Shown: piece by piece, positions 48,191-57,339 of the stretch
Numbering within the stretch: position 1 is the first letter of the stretch
Layout: each line of letters begins with the position of its first letter
DNA from: Bacillota bacterium
GTDB lineage: Bacteria; Bacillota; Sulfobacillia; JAJZYS01; JAJYTV01
Reading direction: 5' to 3'
Length of the DNA: 64,000 nt
Assembly: GCA_021793315.1 (NCBI GenBank)
Contig: JAJYSZ010000005.1
Span: forward strand, 1,470-65,469
Translations under genes and position numbers: made by a program
Notes under the pieces: generated by a model
Seen by the model: only the letters and a program-made list of their open reading frames with translations
Database searches by the model: none
Told to the model about the DNA's origin: nothing

Positions 48191-49266
48191 CGCGTCTCCT
48201 GCGCGGGGGCGTGGCCCTGGCGCGCGCGCGACTCTGAGAGGATGGCGGTCCAGATGGCGGTCACGGCCGCAGGTCTGAGGTGACCCTGGCCGCGATCGGC
48301 AAGGCGCTCCAGGATCGCGCGTTCGCGTCCGGGCTGGAAAACGGGAAGGCCGCAGCTGCGCTTGGCGTCGCCGATGTGCGCCGAAAGAGCCATGCGTTGC
48401 GCGAGCAGGCGCAGGATCTCCTCGTCGAGATCGTCGACGGCGTCGCGCAGGCCCGCGAGATCCGAGGTGCGCGCCGGCAGGTGGAGCCTACGCATCAGTG
48501 CCGCGAAGGCCTCGATGGAAATGGTCTGGGCGGCATCGCTGACGGAGCGGTCGGGGTCCGGGTGCACTTCCACGATGATGCCGTCCAGACCGCTCGCGAC
48601 GGCGGCGCAGGCCATCGGCACGACGAGTTCCCGCCGCCCCGTGGCGTGGGACGGATCCGCGATCACCGGCAGGGACGTCCGCTGGCGGGCGGCCACGGCG
48701 CCTGCCAGGTCGAGCGTCGCGCGGGTGTGGGGCTCGAAGCTGCGGATGCCCCGCTCGCAGAGCACGACCTGATCGTTGCCCTCGGCCAGGATGTACTCGG
48801 CCGCATGCAGCCACTCGTCGACGGTGGCTCCGGCGGCGCGCTTGAGCAGGATGGGGCGTCCGCTGCGTCCGGCCGCACGCAGCAAGCCGAAATTCTGCAT
48901 GCTGCGCGCACCGATCTGGAGCATGTCGGCGTGTTCGGCGACGAGCCCGACATCCTGCGCGTCGAGCACTTCCGTGACCACGGGCAGGCCGACGGCCGCA
49001 CCGGCGGCTCTGAGGTGGCGCAAGCCCTCGGCACCCAGGCCCTGGAAGGCGTAGGGGGACGTGCGCGGCTTGAAGGCGCCGCCTCGCAGCATGTGTCCGC
49101 CAGCCGCGGCCACACCCTCTGCCGCCTGATGAATCTGACGGTCCGATTCCACCGAGCAGGGCCCGGCGATCACGACAGGTGTCGCGGTGCCGAAGCGCGC
49201 AAACGAGCCTACGACCACCTGTCGCGTCTGCCCTGCCCCTGCGGTCACGAGGAGCTCCTCCGCCAT
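48187..49266 (-). CDS. aroA: Bifunctional 3-deoxy-7-phosphoheptulonate (DAHP) synthase (type I-beta) / chorismate mutase (C-terminal AroQ domain)
   Basis: DAHPS core ([33 protein letters not shown]) followed by an about 90-aa AroQ-like tail ([30 protein letters not shown]...RERAILERL). ATG at 49266 follows a GGGAGG RBS; the track start at 49302 lies in the leader. Confidence 0.8.
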   Translation of the reverse strand: MAEELLVTAGAGQTRQVVVGSFARFGTATPVVIAGPCSVESDRQIHQAAEGVAAAGGHMLRGGAFKPRTSPYAFQGLGAEGLRHLRAAGAAVGLPVVTEVLDAQDVGLVAEHADMLQIGARSMQNFGLLRAAGRSGRPILLKRAAGATVDEWLHAAEYILAEGNDQVVLCERGIRSFEPHTRATLDLAGAVAARQRTSLPVIADPSHATGRRELVVPMACAAVASGLDGIIVEVHPDPDRSVSDAAQTISIEAFAALMRRLHLPARTSDLAGLRDAVDDLDEEILRLLAQRMALSAHIGDAKRSCGLPVFQPGRERAILERLADRGQGHLRPAAVTAIWTAILSESRARQGHAPAQETR

Positions 49267-49302
49267 CGCGCACGCCTCCCTCTCGTCTGCTCGGATATGC
49301 AA

Positions 49303-49576
49303 AGGGACCCGTCCCTTGCCGGGACGGGTCCCTGACCCGCGTTACCACCCTCGTTGGCCGCCTATGGCGACCCTCTCATCGGTGCGGGACCGAGTGGTCC
49401 GACACCTAGCCCCTGTCACGGAAGGCAACCGGCCGCGCCTACAACCCGAAGGCTTCAGCGGGCAGCTCCAGGGCGAACTTCGCGTCGGATCCGCCGCGGG
49501 AGTTTGCAGCCGGGACTCCCTTCTCTAAAGCGGCGATGGCCGACCTACTTTGCCCCTTCAACGCTTGCGTGTATTG
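49303..49576 (-). ncRNA. T-box riboswitch leader (tRNA-sensing antitermination element) of the aroA-pheA operon
   Basis: On the minus strand, the stem I base UUGAAGGGGCAAAGUAGG is followed by the T-box sequence AACGAGGGUGGUAACGCGGG. That overlaps the terminator GGGACCCGUCCCggcaaGGGACGGGUCCC + UUUGCAU, about 40 nt before the RBS. Confidence 0.75.
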
Positions 49577-49582
49577 CCTCGT

Positions 49583-49611
49583 AACATAGCAGGACGGAGC
49601 GGGGATTGCAA
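49583..49611 (-). promoter_or_regulatory. Sigma-70-like promoter of the T-box/aroA operon
   Basis: Minus strand TTGCAA - 17 nt - TATGTT immediately upstream of the T-box leader. Confidence 0.5.
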
Positions 49612-49964
49612 CCCGGGAATTGAGCCCTTTGTCCTGGTGCCGCCTATCTCGGGCGGGTCAAGAGCCGCCCTTCGCTGCCCCCTGTGTGGCGAAGCATGCA
49701 GGCGCGTTGCCGAATGGCTGCCGCAGGGTCTCGTGCCGCTCGGCGCAAAGCCTCCCGAATACTTGGCGGGCGGGGCGCATGCCGGACGGCCGTTGACCGA
49801 TGGCCACGATGAAGTCGCTGCGCGCACGGCGGCGTTTGTCGAGGCGGCGATGGCGGCGTTCTGACAGGGTCCGCGCCGGGGCCACGCCTCCGGCGCGGCG
49901 CGGACCACGATGTGCCGGGGGCCGACTCTGTGGTATGGTTGCGCGTGCAAGGGGGGGACAGGTG

Positions 49965-51833
49965 ATGCTGCTGGAGCTGCGGGAAGTCGCGGCCGAGGTG
50001 GGGGGCCGGGACCTCTTCGCCGGCGTGTCGGGACGACTGGAGGCGGGGCAGCGCATCGCCCTCACGGGACCCAACGGCATCGGCAAGACGACGCTGCTGC
50101 GCATCATCTCGGGAGTGACCGAACCGGCTGGCGGCGAGGTCTCGGTGGCGCGCGGCTCGCGCATCGGCTACCTGCGCCAGGAACTCGAGCTGGGCGAAGC
50201 GGTGACGCTCTGGCAGTATGCCCTCGGTGCCGGCGACGGCGAGATCGCGAAACTCGAGTTGCGCCTCAGGCGCCTCGAGGCCGAACTGGCGGAGGATCAG
50301 AGCCGGCTCTCGGCCTACGGTCAGGCTCTCACCACGTACGAGCAGCTTGGCGGCTATCTTTGGGAGAACCGGGTGCGGAGCACCCTGCGCGGCCTCGGTT
50401 TCACCCTTGAGCAGGAGACGATGCCGGCGGCGAGCCTCTCTGGAGGCCAGAAGGTGCGCCTTGCGCTGGCGCGCCTGCTGCTCGAGGGACCGGACATCCT
50501 GCTTCTCGATGAGCCGACGAACCATCTGGACCTGCCGGCCATGGCCTGGCTGGAGGAGACTTTGCGCCAATATCCCGGCGGCATCATTGCCGCCTCGCAC
50601 GACAGGGCCTTCCTGCGCAACGTCGCGACCGCCATCTGGGACTTCAGCCCGCTGGGCTTCCAGACGTATGCGGCCGGCTACGACGCCTATCGGCTGCACC
50701 TGAAGCGGCAGATCATGCGCGAGGAGGAGGAGAGCCGCAGTCGCGAGGCGGAACGCGAGCGCCTGCAGGCCTACATCCGGCGTTACAAGGCCGGCAACCG
50801 TTCGACGCAGGCCCACGACCGCGAGCGGAAGCTGGAGCGTCTGGGACCGGCCGCGTCGGTGCACCGCGCGGGCAAGCTCAAGCTGCGCTTCGACGGCAGG
50901 CCCCTTGGCGAGCGCACGCTCTTCCTGCAAGTCCGGGGCCTCACGCAGGCCTATCCTGGGCGCAGGCTGTGGCACAGCCTCGAGTTCAGCCTGGCGGAGG
51001 GTGGGAGGCTCGGCATCGTCGGCCGCAACGGCAGCGGCAAGACGACCCTGCTCGAAGCCCTGCGCGGCGCCTTCAAGCCGGACGCGGGTCAGGTGATCTG
51101 GGCGCCGGGCACCCGCCTCGGCTACCTCGCTCAGGAGGTGGACGTCACGGGCGAGACGCCGCTCGACGCGCTCCTGCGCCTGCCTGGCATGACCGTATTC
51201 GCGGCACGCAGCCTCCTTGCGCGGCACCTCTTCCAACCCGAGCAGATCGAGACGCCGCTCGAGAAGCTGTCCGGCGGCGAGCGTAGCCGCCTGGCGCTCG
51301 CGGTGCTCGTGGCGGAGGGCGCCAACGTGTTGCTGCTGGACGAGCCGACCAACCATCTCGACCTGCCTGCGCAGGAGACCCTCGAAGAGGCGCTCCTGGC
51401 GTTCGGAGGCACGCTCGTGCTGATCTCGCACGACCGGGCTCTCCTGCAGCGGGTCACGGACCGCTGGCTCTGGCTGCAAGGCGACGGGCACTGGCAGATC
51501 ACCGCGGACTTCGAGGAACTCCTGGGGCTCGCGCAGACCGAGTCCGAACGCACGGCCACGGCGCGCGAAGCAAGACCCGCGCCGGCCAAGCAGCGCCGGG
51601 CCAGGCGCTCGCAGCTGCGAGCCGAGGTGGCGGAGCAGGAGCGCCTGGTCAGCGAGGCGGAGGAGGCGCGCAGGTCGGTGGAGGCGGAGCTGCAATCCGC
51701 TTCCGGGGCAAAGGCAGCTGAGCTTGCGACGCGCCTTTACGAACTGACGCAGGAGATCGAGCGCCGCTACGGCGTCTGGCAGGCGGCGCAGGAGGCGCTG
51801 GAGGCCGAGGCGGCCGAGGAGCTCAGGAACTGA
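49965..51833 (+). CDS. ABC-F family ATPase (two ABC domains, Uup/EttA-like)
   Basis: Two full NBDs (GPNGIGKTT...LSGGQKVRLALA...LLLDEPTNHLD and GRNGSGKTT...LSGGERSRLALA...LLLDEPTNHLD), no TM domain, an Arg/Glu-rich interdomain linker and a C-terminal coiled-coil tail. Confidence 0.85.
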   Translation: MLLELREVAAEVGGRDLFAGVSGRLEAGQRIALTGPNGIGKTTLLRIISGVTEPAGGEVSVARGSRIGYLRQELELGEAVTLWQYALGAGDGEIAKLELRLRRLEAELAEDQSRLSAYGQALTTYEQLGGYLWENRVRSTLRGLGFTLEQETMPAASLSGGQKVRLALARLLLEGPDILLLDEPTNHLDLPAMAWLEETLRQYPGGIIAASHDRAFLRNVATAIWDFSPLGFQTYAAGYDAYRLHLKRQIMREEEESRSREAERERLQAYIRRYKAGNRSTQAHDRERKLERLGPAASVHRAGKLKLRFDGRPLGERTLFLQVRGLTQAYPGRRLWHSLEFSLAEGGRLGIVGRNGSGKTTLLEALRGAFKPDAGQVIWAPGTRLGYLAQEVDVTGETPLDALLRLPGMTVFAARSLLARHLFQPEQIETPLEKLSGGERSRLALAVLVAEGANVLLLDEPTNHLDLPAQETLEEALLAFGGTLVLISHDRALLQRVTDRWLWLQGDGHWQITADFEELLGLAQTESERTATAREARPAPAKQRRARRSQLRAEVAEQERLVSEAEEARRSVEAELQSASGAKAAELATRLYELTQEIERRYGVWQAAQEALEAEAAEELRN

Positions 51834-52557
51834 GGTATTCGGCGCTGCAGTAGAGGACGCGGCGGAAGGCGTCCGGGTCCTCGTAAAAGAGATCTGCCGC
51901 CCTCAGCGTGACCGTCACCGCCTGCGCGCCGTCGATGACATTGCGCGCATAGAGCGCCAGGACATGCAGGTCGTCTTCCTGACGGGCTAGCCCGAACGTG
52001 GTGGGGAAGAAGGCCGCGAGCCGCAGTTCCCGCACGGCGTAGCCGCCGACGCGGTAGAGGCAGAGCGCCGCGAGTCCTGGCAGGGCGATCGCCGCGCGCT
52101 GGCACTCCTCGATCAGGTCAAGCGGTATCTGCCAGACGCTCGTGGCGTCCGGCAGCCTGCCTTCCGCCAGCCCGGCGATGTCGTCGCCTGGCACGTAGGC
52201 CCAGTGCAGCTGCTCCTGCATTGCCTCCTCCGGCCCGGAGGGCAAGGCAACCGCCCCGACCTGAAGCACCTGACAGCCGGCCCGCGCCAGCAGCAGCAGG
52301 AGGTCCTTGGCCGGCATCTCGAGCATCGGGTTGTCGCAGTCCGGGCCGCTTTCGTACGCGTTGCGGGACGTGTAGGCCCGCGCCTCGCTCGGCATGGCGT
52401 CCGATACGAACGCCACGGGCACGTAGAGCGGCGCGAGCGCGAGACGGAGGTAAAAGGCCTGCCGACGCTGACGACCATCGCCGAATCGCCTGAGAGCAGC
52501 GATGGCCATGTCGAGGTTCGGGTAGTCGAAGTCTGGGTAGCACACGGGACCACCCAC
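51823..52557 (-). CDS. Hypothetical protein (244 aa), no recognisable family
   Basis: Intact ORF that converges on and overlaps the ABC-F 3' end by 11 bp. No motif I can assign. Confidence 0.4.
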   Translation of the reverse strand: MGGPVCYPDFDYPNLDMAIAALRRFGDGRQRRQAFYLRLALAPLYVPVAFVSDAMPSEARAYTSRNAYESGPDCDNPMLEMPAKDLLLLLARAGCQVLQVGAVALPSGPEEAMQEQLHWAYVPGDDIAGLAEGRLPDATSVWQIPLDLIEECQRAAIALPGLAALCLYRVGGYAVRELRLAAFFPTTFGLARQEDDLHVLALYARNVIDGAQAVTVTLRAADLFYEDPDAFRRVLYCSAEYLSS

Positions 52558-52673
52558 CTTCCCGGTATCGCGCTTGGTGCGGGGATTCAGCTGCCAGGTG
52601 TCCGCGGCACCTGGACGGTCGGTCCCAAGGGATTTCCTTAGGCAGATGCCGTTTCCTTCGCCGGCCGGCGAAG

Positions 52674-52702
52674 TTGACGCCCCTTGCCCGGCCGTCTATA
52701 CT
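52674..52702 (+). promoter_or_regulatory. Sigma-70-like promoter of the proS T-box leader
   Basis: TTGACG - 17 nt - TATACT. Confidence 0.55.
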
Positions 52703-52708
52703 CGCCCA

Positions 52709-52936
52709 AAGAGGTGCGATGACAGGCACCCGGGACGGCCAGCACCGCGAAGAGAGCCGGCGGCAGGTGCAAGCCGGACGGAAGGCGTCCTTCCCAGCCT
52801 GGAGCGGCGGCGATGAGCCGCCCGGCCGCCCGCCGTGATCCGGGTGCGTCCCCGAGGACGCAGCAAGTGGCCGCAGGGCCGAAAAAGGTGGTACCGCGGG
52901 TTTCCCCCGCCCTTTTGCAGGGCGGGTTTTTGTGTT
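52709..52936 (+). ncRNA. T-box riboswitch leader upstream of proS
   Basis: GA/K-turn-like GUGCGAUGA near the 5' end, AGAGA distal motif, and the T-box AAAAAGGUGGUACCGCGGG (52882-52900) overlapping the terminator CCCGCCCuuuugcaGGGCGGG + UUUUUGUGUU just before the RBS GGAGGUG. Confidence 0.75.
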
Positions 52937-52951
52937 GCGGAGGTGGGTGTC

Positions 52952-54658
52952 ATGCGGCAGTCGGCACTCTTTTGGCGTACCTTGCGCGCGGATCCGGCCG
53001 GTGCGGAACTGCCTGGCCACAAGCTTCTCCTGCGGGCAGGACTCGCGCAGCGCTTCACGAGCGGCATCTACGCCCTGACGCCGCTCGGCCTGATGGCGGA
53101 GCGGCGCATCGAGGAACTGGTGCGGCAGGAGCTGAGGCGGGCGGGCGCGCAGGAAGTGCGGCTGCCGTTCGTGCAGCCTCTCGACATCTGGCGGCGCAGC
53201 GGGCGGGCCGAGGAGGACCTGCCGGAGCTCCTGCGCCTGAAAGATCGGCGCGGTGAGGATCTCGCGCTGGCGCTCACCGCCGAGGAGGCGATGACGGAGC
53301 TGGTCCGCCGCCAGGGCGTCGCGCCCTCCCAGCTGCCGCTCCTGCTGACCCAGACAGGTCCGAAGTTCCGCGATGAGCTGCGTCCGCGCGGGGGGCTCCT
53401 GCGGCTGAGGGAATTCACGATGCAGGACGCCTACAGTTTCGACCTCGATCGCGACGGCATGGAGGCAAGCTTCGCTAAAGTGGCGGACGCCTATCGGCGC
53501 GTCTTCCGGCGGCTCGAGCTCGCTGTCCGCGAGGTGACCGCTGCGAACGGCATGATGGGCGGGACGGGTGCTCTGGAGTTTCAGCTTCCGCTCGCGGCAG
53601 GCGAGGATGAGATCGTCGCCTGCTCCGCCTGCGGCTACCTTGCGAATCGGGAGGCCGCCCAGCGTCGCCCGCGCGGCGGCATGGGCAGCGGTGACCTAGC
53701 GCTGCATCCGGTGAAGACGCCGGGGGCGGTCAGCATCGCCGCTCTCGCGACCGCACTGGGCTGTGGGGTCGCGGAGATCCTGAAGGCGGTTTTCTACGAC
53801 AGGGCCGGCACGACGGTGATGGCGCTGGTGCTTGGCGACCGGCAGATCGACGAGGGCAAGCTCCAGGCGGTGGTGGGCGGACCGCTCAGGCCGCTCAGCG
53901 CCCAGGAGGCTTCCGGGCGCGGACTTGTAATCGGCTATGCCGGCCCCGTCGGACTGGAGCTCACGGGCCCCGCCGTCATCGTGCTCGACGCGGAGGCGCA
54001 GACGGTGCAGAGCGTGGTCTCGGGCGCGAACCGTGAGGGCTGGCACCTCGCAGGCGTCCGGCCGGGCCGGGACTTCGCCTGGCAGGCGGCTGCCGACATC
54101 GCCCGCGTCGAACCGGGAGACGCATGCCCGAACTGCGGCGGGGCACTCGCGCTGGAACGCTCGCTCGAGCTCGGGCACATCTTCCGCCTGGGCACGCGCT
54201 ACAGCGAGCGGTTGGGCCTGGTCGCGACAGGGTCCGACCAGGTCGCCCGACCGCTTTGGATGGGATCCTACGGCATCGGCATCTCTCGGCTGCTCGCCGC
54301 GGTGATCGAACGCCACCACGACGAGCGCGGCATCGTCTGGCCTCCTGCGGCGGCGCCGTATGCGGCGCATCTGCTGACGCTTGGCGGGGAGGCCGAGGTG
54401 GGGGCGCTGGCCGGGGAGATCGCAAGCAGCTGCGAAGGGTGCCTCCTCTGGGATGATCGGCCGGTCACGGCAGGGGTCAAGTTCCAGGACGCCGATCTGC
54501 TCGGCCTGCCCTGGCGGCTGACGGTGAGCCGCAGATCCCTGTCGCTGGGCGGCGTCGAGCTGCGCCGGCGCAGAGACGGAGAGACGCGCATCCTGCCGCG
54601 CGAGGAGATCGCGGGCCTGCCGGCCATGCTCCTCGCCGAGGACGCGCGTCGCGGCTAA
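52952..54658 (+). CDS. proS: Prolyl-tRNA synthetase (bacterial type with INS editing domain)
   Basis: FTSGIYALTPLGLMAERRIEELVRQELRRAGAQEVRLPFVQP, LRLREFTMQDAYSFD and the anticodon-binding C-terminus; about 568 aa. Confidence 0.9.
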   Translation: MRQSALFWRTLRADPAGAELPGHKLLLRAGLAQRFTSGIYALTPLGLMAERRIEELVRQELRRAGAQEVRLPFVQPLDIWRRSGRAEEDLPELLRLKDRRGEDLALALTAEEAMTELVRRQGVAPSQLPLLLTQTGPKFRDELRPRGGLLRLREFTMQDAYSFDLDRDGMEASFAKVADAYRRVFRRLELAVREVTAANGMMGGTGALEFQLPLAAGEDEIVACSACGYLANREAAQRRPRGGMGSGDLALHPVKTPGAVSIAALATALGCGVAEILKAVFYDRAGTTVMALVLGDRQIDEGKLQAVVGGPLRPLSAQEASGRGLVIGYAGPVGLELTGPAVIVLDAEAQTVQSVVSGANREGWHLAGVRPGRDFAWQAAADIARVEPGDACPNCGGALALERSLELGHIFRLGTRYSERLGLVATGSDQVARPLWMGSYGIGISRLLAAVIERHHDERGIVWPPAAAPYAAHLLTLGGEAEVGALAGEIASSCEGCLLWDDRPVTAGVKFQDADLLGLPWRLTVSRRSLSLGGVELRRRRDGETRILPREEIAGLPAMLLAEDARRG

Positions 54659-55497
54659 AGGTCCAGGACGAGGTTGTCGATCAGCCGGGTCCTGCCGACG
54701 TACGCGGCGAGGGCGAGCATCACCTGGCCCGTGAGATCGCTCTTTGGCTGCATGGTGTCCGGGTCCACCACGGCGGCGTAGTCGAGGCGCACGCGCGGTT
54801 CCTTGCGCAGGCGCTCCTCCATCGCAGCCTGGACGGCCTGGCCTTCCTTGCCGGCCAGAGCGGCCTCGCGGCCGCAAAGCAGCGCGTCGTGCAGGCTGGG
54901 CGCCGCCCGGCGCTCCTCGGAGGAGAGATAGACGTTGCGCGACGAGAGGGCGAGCCCGTCCTGCTCGCGCACGGTGGGCACGACCCGCAGCTCGAGCGGC
55001 AGGTCGAGGTCCTCACACAGCCGACGCACCACGGCCACCTGCTGCCCGTCCTTCTGGCCGAAATAGGCTTTGTCCGGCCACACGATGTGAAAAAGCTTCA
55101 GGACGACCGTCGCCACGCCCTGGAAGTGGGTCGGGCGGGTGCGGCCCTCCAGCGTGCGCGAGAGTTCCGGCACCGCCACGTCCGTCAGAAGCGGGCGCGG
55201 GTAGACCTCGGCCACGGCAGGCTGGAACAGGAAGTCCGTCCCGGCCGCGCTCAGGATCGCCCGGTCGCGCTCGCTGTCGCGCGGGTAGCTTTCGAAGTCC
55301 TCGTTCGGCGCGAACTGCAGCGGGTTCACGAAGATGCTGACAACGACCACGTCGCACTCCTGGCGTGCGGCGCGCACCAAGGCTTCATGGCCCTGGTGAA
55401 GATAGCCCATGGTGGGGACCAGGCCGATGGTGCGGCCCGCCCGGCGGAACGGTTCCAGCTGGGCGCGCAGTTCGGCGATGCGGGTGACAACCTGCAC
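54655..55497 (-). CDS. panC: Pantoate--beta-alanine ligase
   Basis: GLVPTMGYLHQGHEALV (HIGH-like), FVNPLQF, YFGQKDGQQVAVV, SSRNVYL. Confidence 0.9.
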   Translation of the reverse strand: MQVVTRIAELRAQLEPFRRAGRTIGLVPTMGYLHQGHEALVRAARQECDVVVVSIFVNPLQFAPNEDFESYPRDSERDRAILSAAGTDFLFQPAVAEVYPRPLLTDVAVPELSRTLEGRTRPTHFQGVATVVLKLFHIVWPDKAYFGQKDGQQVAVVRRLCEDLDLPLELRVVPTVREQDGLALSSRNVYLSSEERRAAPSLHDALLCGREAALAGKEGQAVQAAMEERLRKEPRVRLDYAAVVDPDTMQPKSDLTGQVMLALAAYVGRTRLIDNLVLDL

Positions 55498-56413
55498 TCA
55501 GGGTTTACCTCCGTACAACCTGTGCTCTGGATCGCCGCCCGGGGGATGGGGATCCCGGGCGGGCCTGCCGTCACCCAGGGCCGCGACGACGGCCGACGCG
55601 TCCGCGCCGAGGCTGGTCGCATGCTCGGCCCCGGGGTAGTCTCCTTGGCGCACATCGCGGCAATAGGCGGCGGCTGCTTCGCGGATGGCCGTCCCAACGT
55701 CCGCATAACGCCGTGCGTGGCGTGGTCCGGGGCCTTCGCCAAGGCCGACGAGATCGTGCAGCACGAGCACCTGCCCGTCACAGCCGGGGCCGGAGCCGAT
55801 GCCGATCGTCGGTATGCGCAGCCGGCGGGAAATCGCCTCCGCCACCTCGACGGGCACGAGTTCAAGCACGACGCCGAACGCTCCGGCGTCCTCGAGGGCC
55901 AGAGCGTCGTCCAGCAGGCGGCGCGCCGCCTCGGCCGTGCGCCCCTGGACGCGCCAGCCGCCCAAGGCGTGCACCGACTGGGGCGTCAGGCCGATGTGAC
56001 CGAGCACCGGGATGCCGACGCGGCACATGCGGCGCACGGTTTCCTGCATGTCCTGGCCGCCTTCGAGCTTCACCGCCTGGGCCCCGCCCGCCGCCAGCAG
56101 CCTGCCCGCGTTGGCGACCGCCTGGTCCACGCCGAGCTGAAAGGTGAGAAAGGGCATGTCCGCGATGACGAGAGCGTGCTCCGTGGCCCTGGCCACCATG
56201 CGCGTGTGGTAGACGGCCTCCTCCAGCGTGACGCCGAGGGTGGTGTCGTGTCCCTGCACCACCATGCCCAGGCTGTCGCCGATCAGGAGCGCGTCGACTC
56301 CGGCGAGATCGCAGAGCCGGGCCGTAGGGTAGTCGTAGGCGGTCAGCATGGTGATGCGCTGACCGCGCGCTTTCATGTCCAGGAACGTACGCGTGGTCAC
56401 TCTTCCGGCCATG
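55498..56413 (-). CDS. panB: 3-methyl-2-oxobutanoate hydroxymethyltransferase
   Basis: ATG after a GGAGGTG RBS. ITMLTAYDYPTARL, LIGDSLGMVVQGHDTTLGVTLEE, VKLEGG, IPVLGHIGLTPQS. The track ORF has a long 5' read-through. Confidence 0.9.
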
Positions 56414-56416
56414 TTG

Positions 56417-57283
56417 TCACCTCCGCAACATCGCGCCGAGCCGGCCAGCCTCACCGGTGGGGATACTGCCCTTCTCGCGGGCCAGGGCGACGGCTGCGCG
56501 TCCGAGCGTGCGATAGACCTCTTCCGAAAGGCCCTGCAGCAGATCCAGGTGCGCCTGCACCGTAGCGGTGTCGCCGCGCTCGATCGGGCCCGTAAGGGCC
56601 TTGGGCAGCCCCAGCCGCCCGAGGTTCTCGACACTGCCCAGGCTGAGCGGCAGAAGCGCCTGCAAGGCCTGCTGGCGCTTGGTCGCGTCGTCAGACCCCG
56701 CAGCCGTGCTGGCGGCGACGCTGAGGAGCGCCACCAGAGCGTTGCTCGCGAGCGAGCACGCCGCGTGCAGCCGCAGCTTGTCCTCTGGCTCCACCTGCCA
56801 CGGATGCATGCCGAGCGTGCGCGCCAGGGCCTCCCCGGCCTGCCGCGCCCGAGGAGTTCCCTCGAGACTGCACGTGATGCCTTGGAAGAGGGCCGGTCCG
56901 CGCTCGGGGTCCGCGAAGGACTGCATGGGATGCAATGCCAGGACTTCGGCGCCGCTTGCCTGTGCCGGGGAGAGCACCGCGCTCGGCAGGGCTCCCGCCG
57001 TGTGGACGACCGTCTGCCCCGGATGGAAGGCCCCGGCCGCGCCGAGTTCGGCCGCGAGCGGCGCGACAGCGCGGTCGGGGACGGTGAGGAAGACCCAGTC
57101 TGCAGCCTGGCAGAGTACGGTGACAGAGGAGGACGCGGGGACGCCCGTGCGCCGCCGGAAGAGATCCTGCGCGGCCTTCGAGCCGCCTGCGGCGCCGAGC
57201 AACTCCACATGGCCCTGAAGGGCAAGCCAGAGTGCTGTCCCGACCCGCCCAGGACCGACGATCGCGACGGCCAGCCTTGCCAT
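56417..57283 (-). CDS. Rossmann-fold NAD(P)-binding protein (DUF2520-like), putative ketopantoate reductase of the pan operon
   Basis: N-terminal GxGxxG (AIVGPGRVGTAL) and placement immediately upstream of panB-panC. No classic panE/ApbA signature. Confidence 0.5.
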   Translation of the reverse strand: MARLAVAIVGPGRVGTALWLALQGHVELLGAAGGSKAAQDLFRRRTGVPASSSVTVLCQAADWVFLTVPDRAVAPLAAELGAAGAFHPGQTVVHTAGALPSAVLSPAQASGAEVLALHPMQSFADPERGPALFQGITCSLEGTPRARQAGEALARTLGMHPWQVEPEDKLRLHAACSLASNALVALLSVAASTAAGSDDATKRQQALQALLPLSLGSVENLGRLGLPKALTGPIERGDTATVQAHLDLLQGLSEEVYRTLGRAAVALAREKGSIPTGEAGRLGAMLRR

Positions 57284-57339
57284 GCGCGCCCCCCTGTCCC
57301 TGGCATTCTACCATGCGGCCGCCTGGACCGCCGCCAGCG

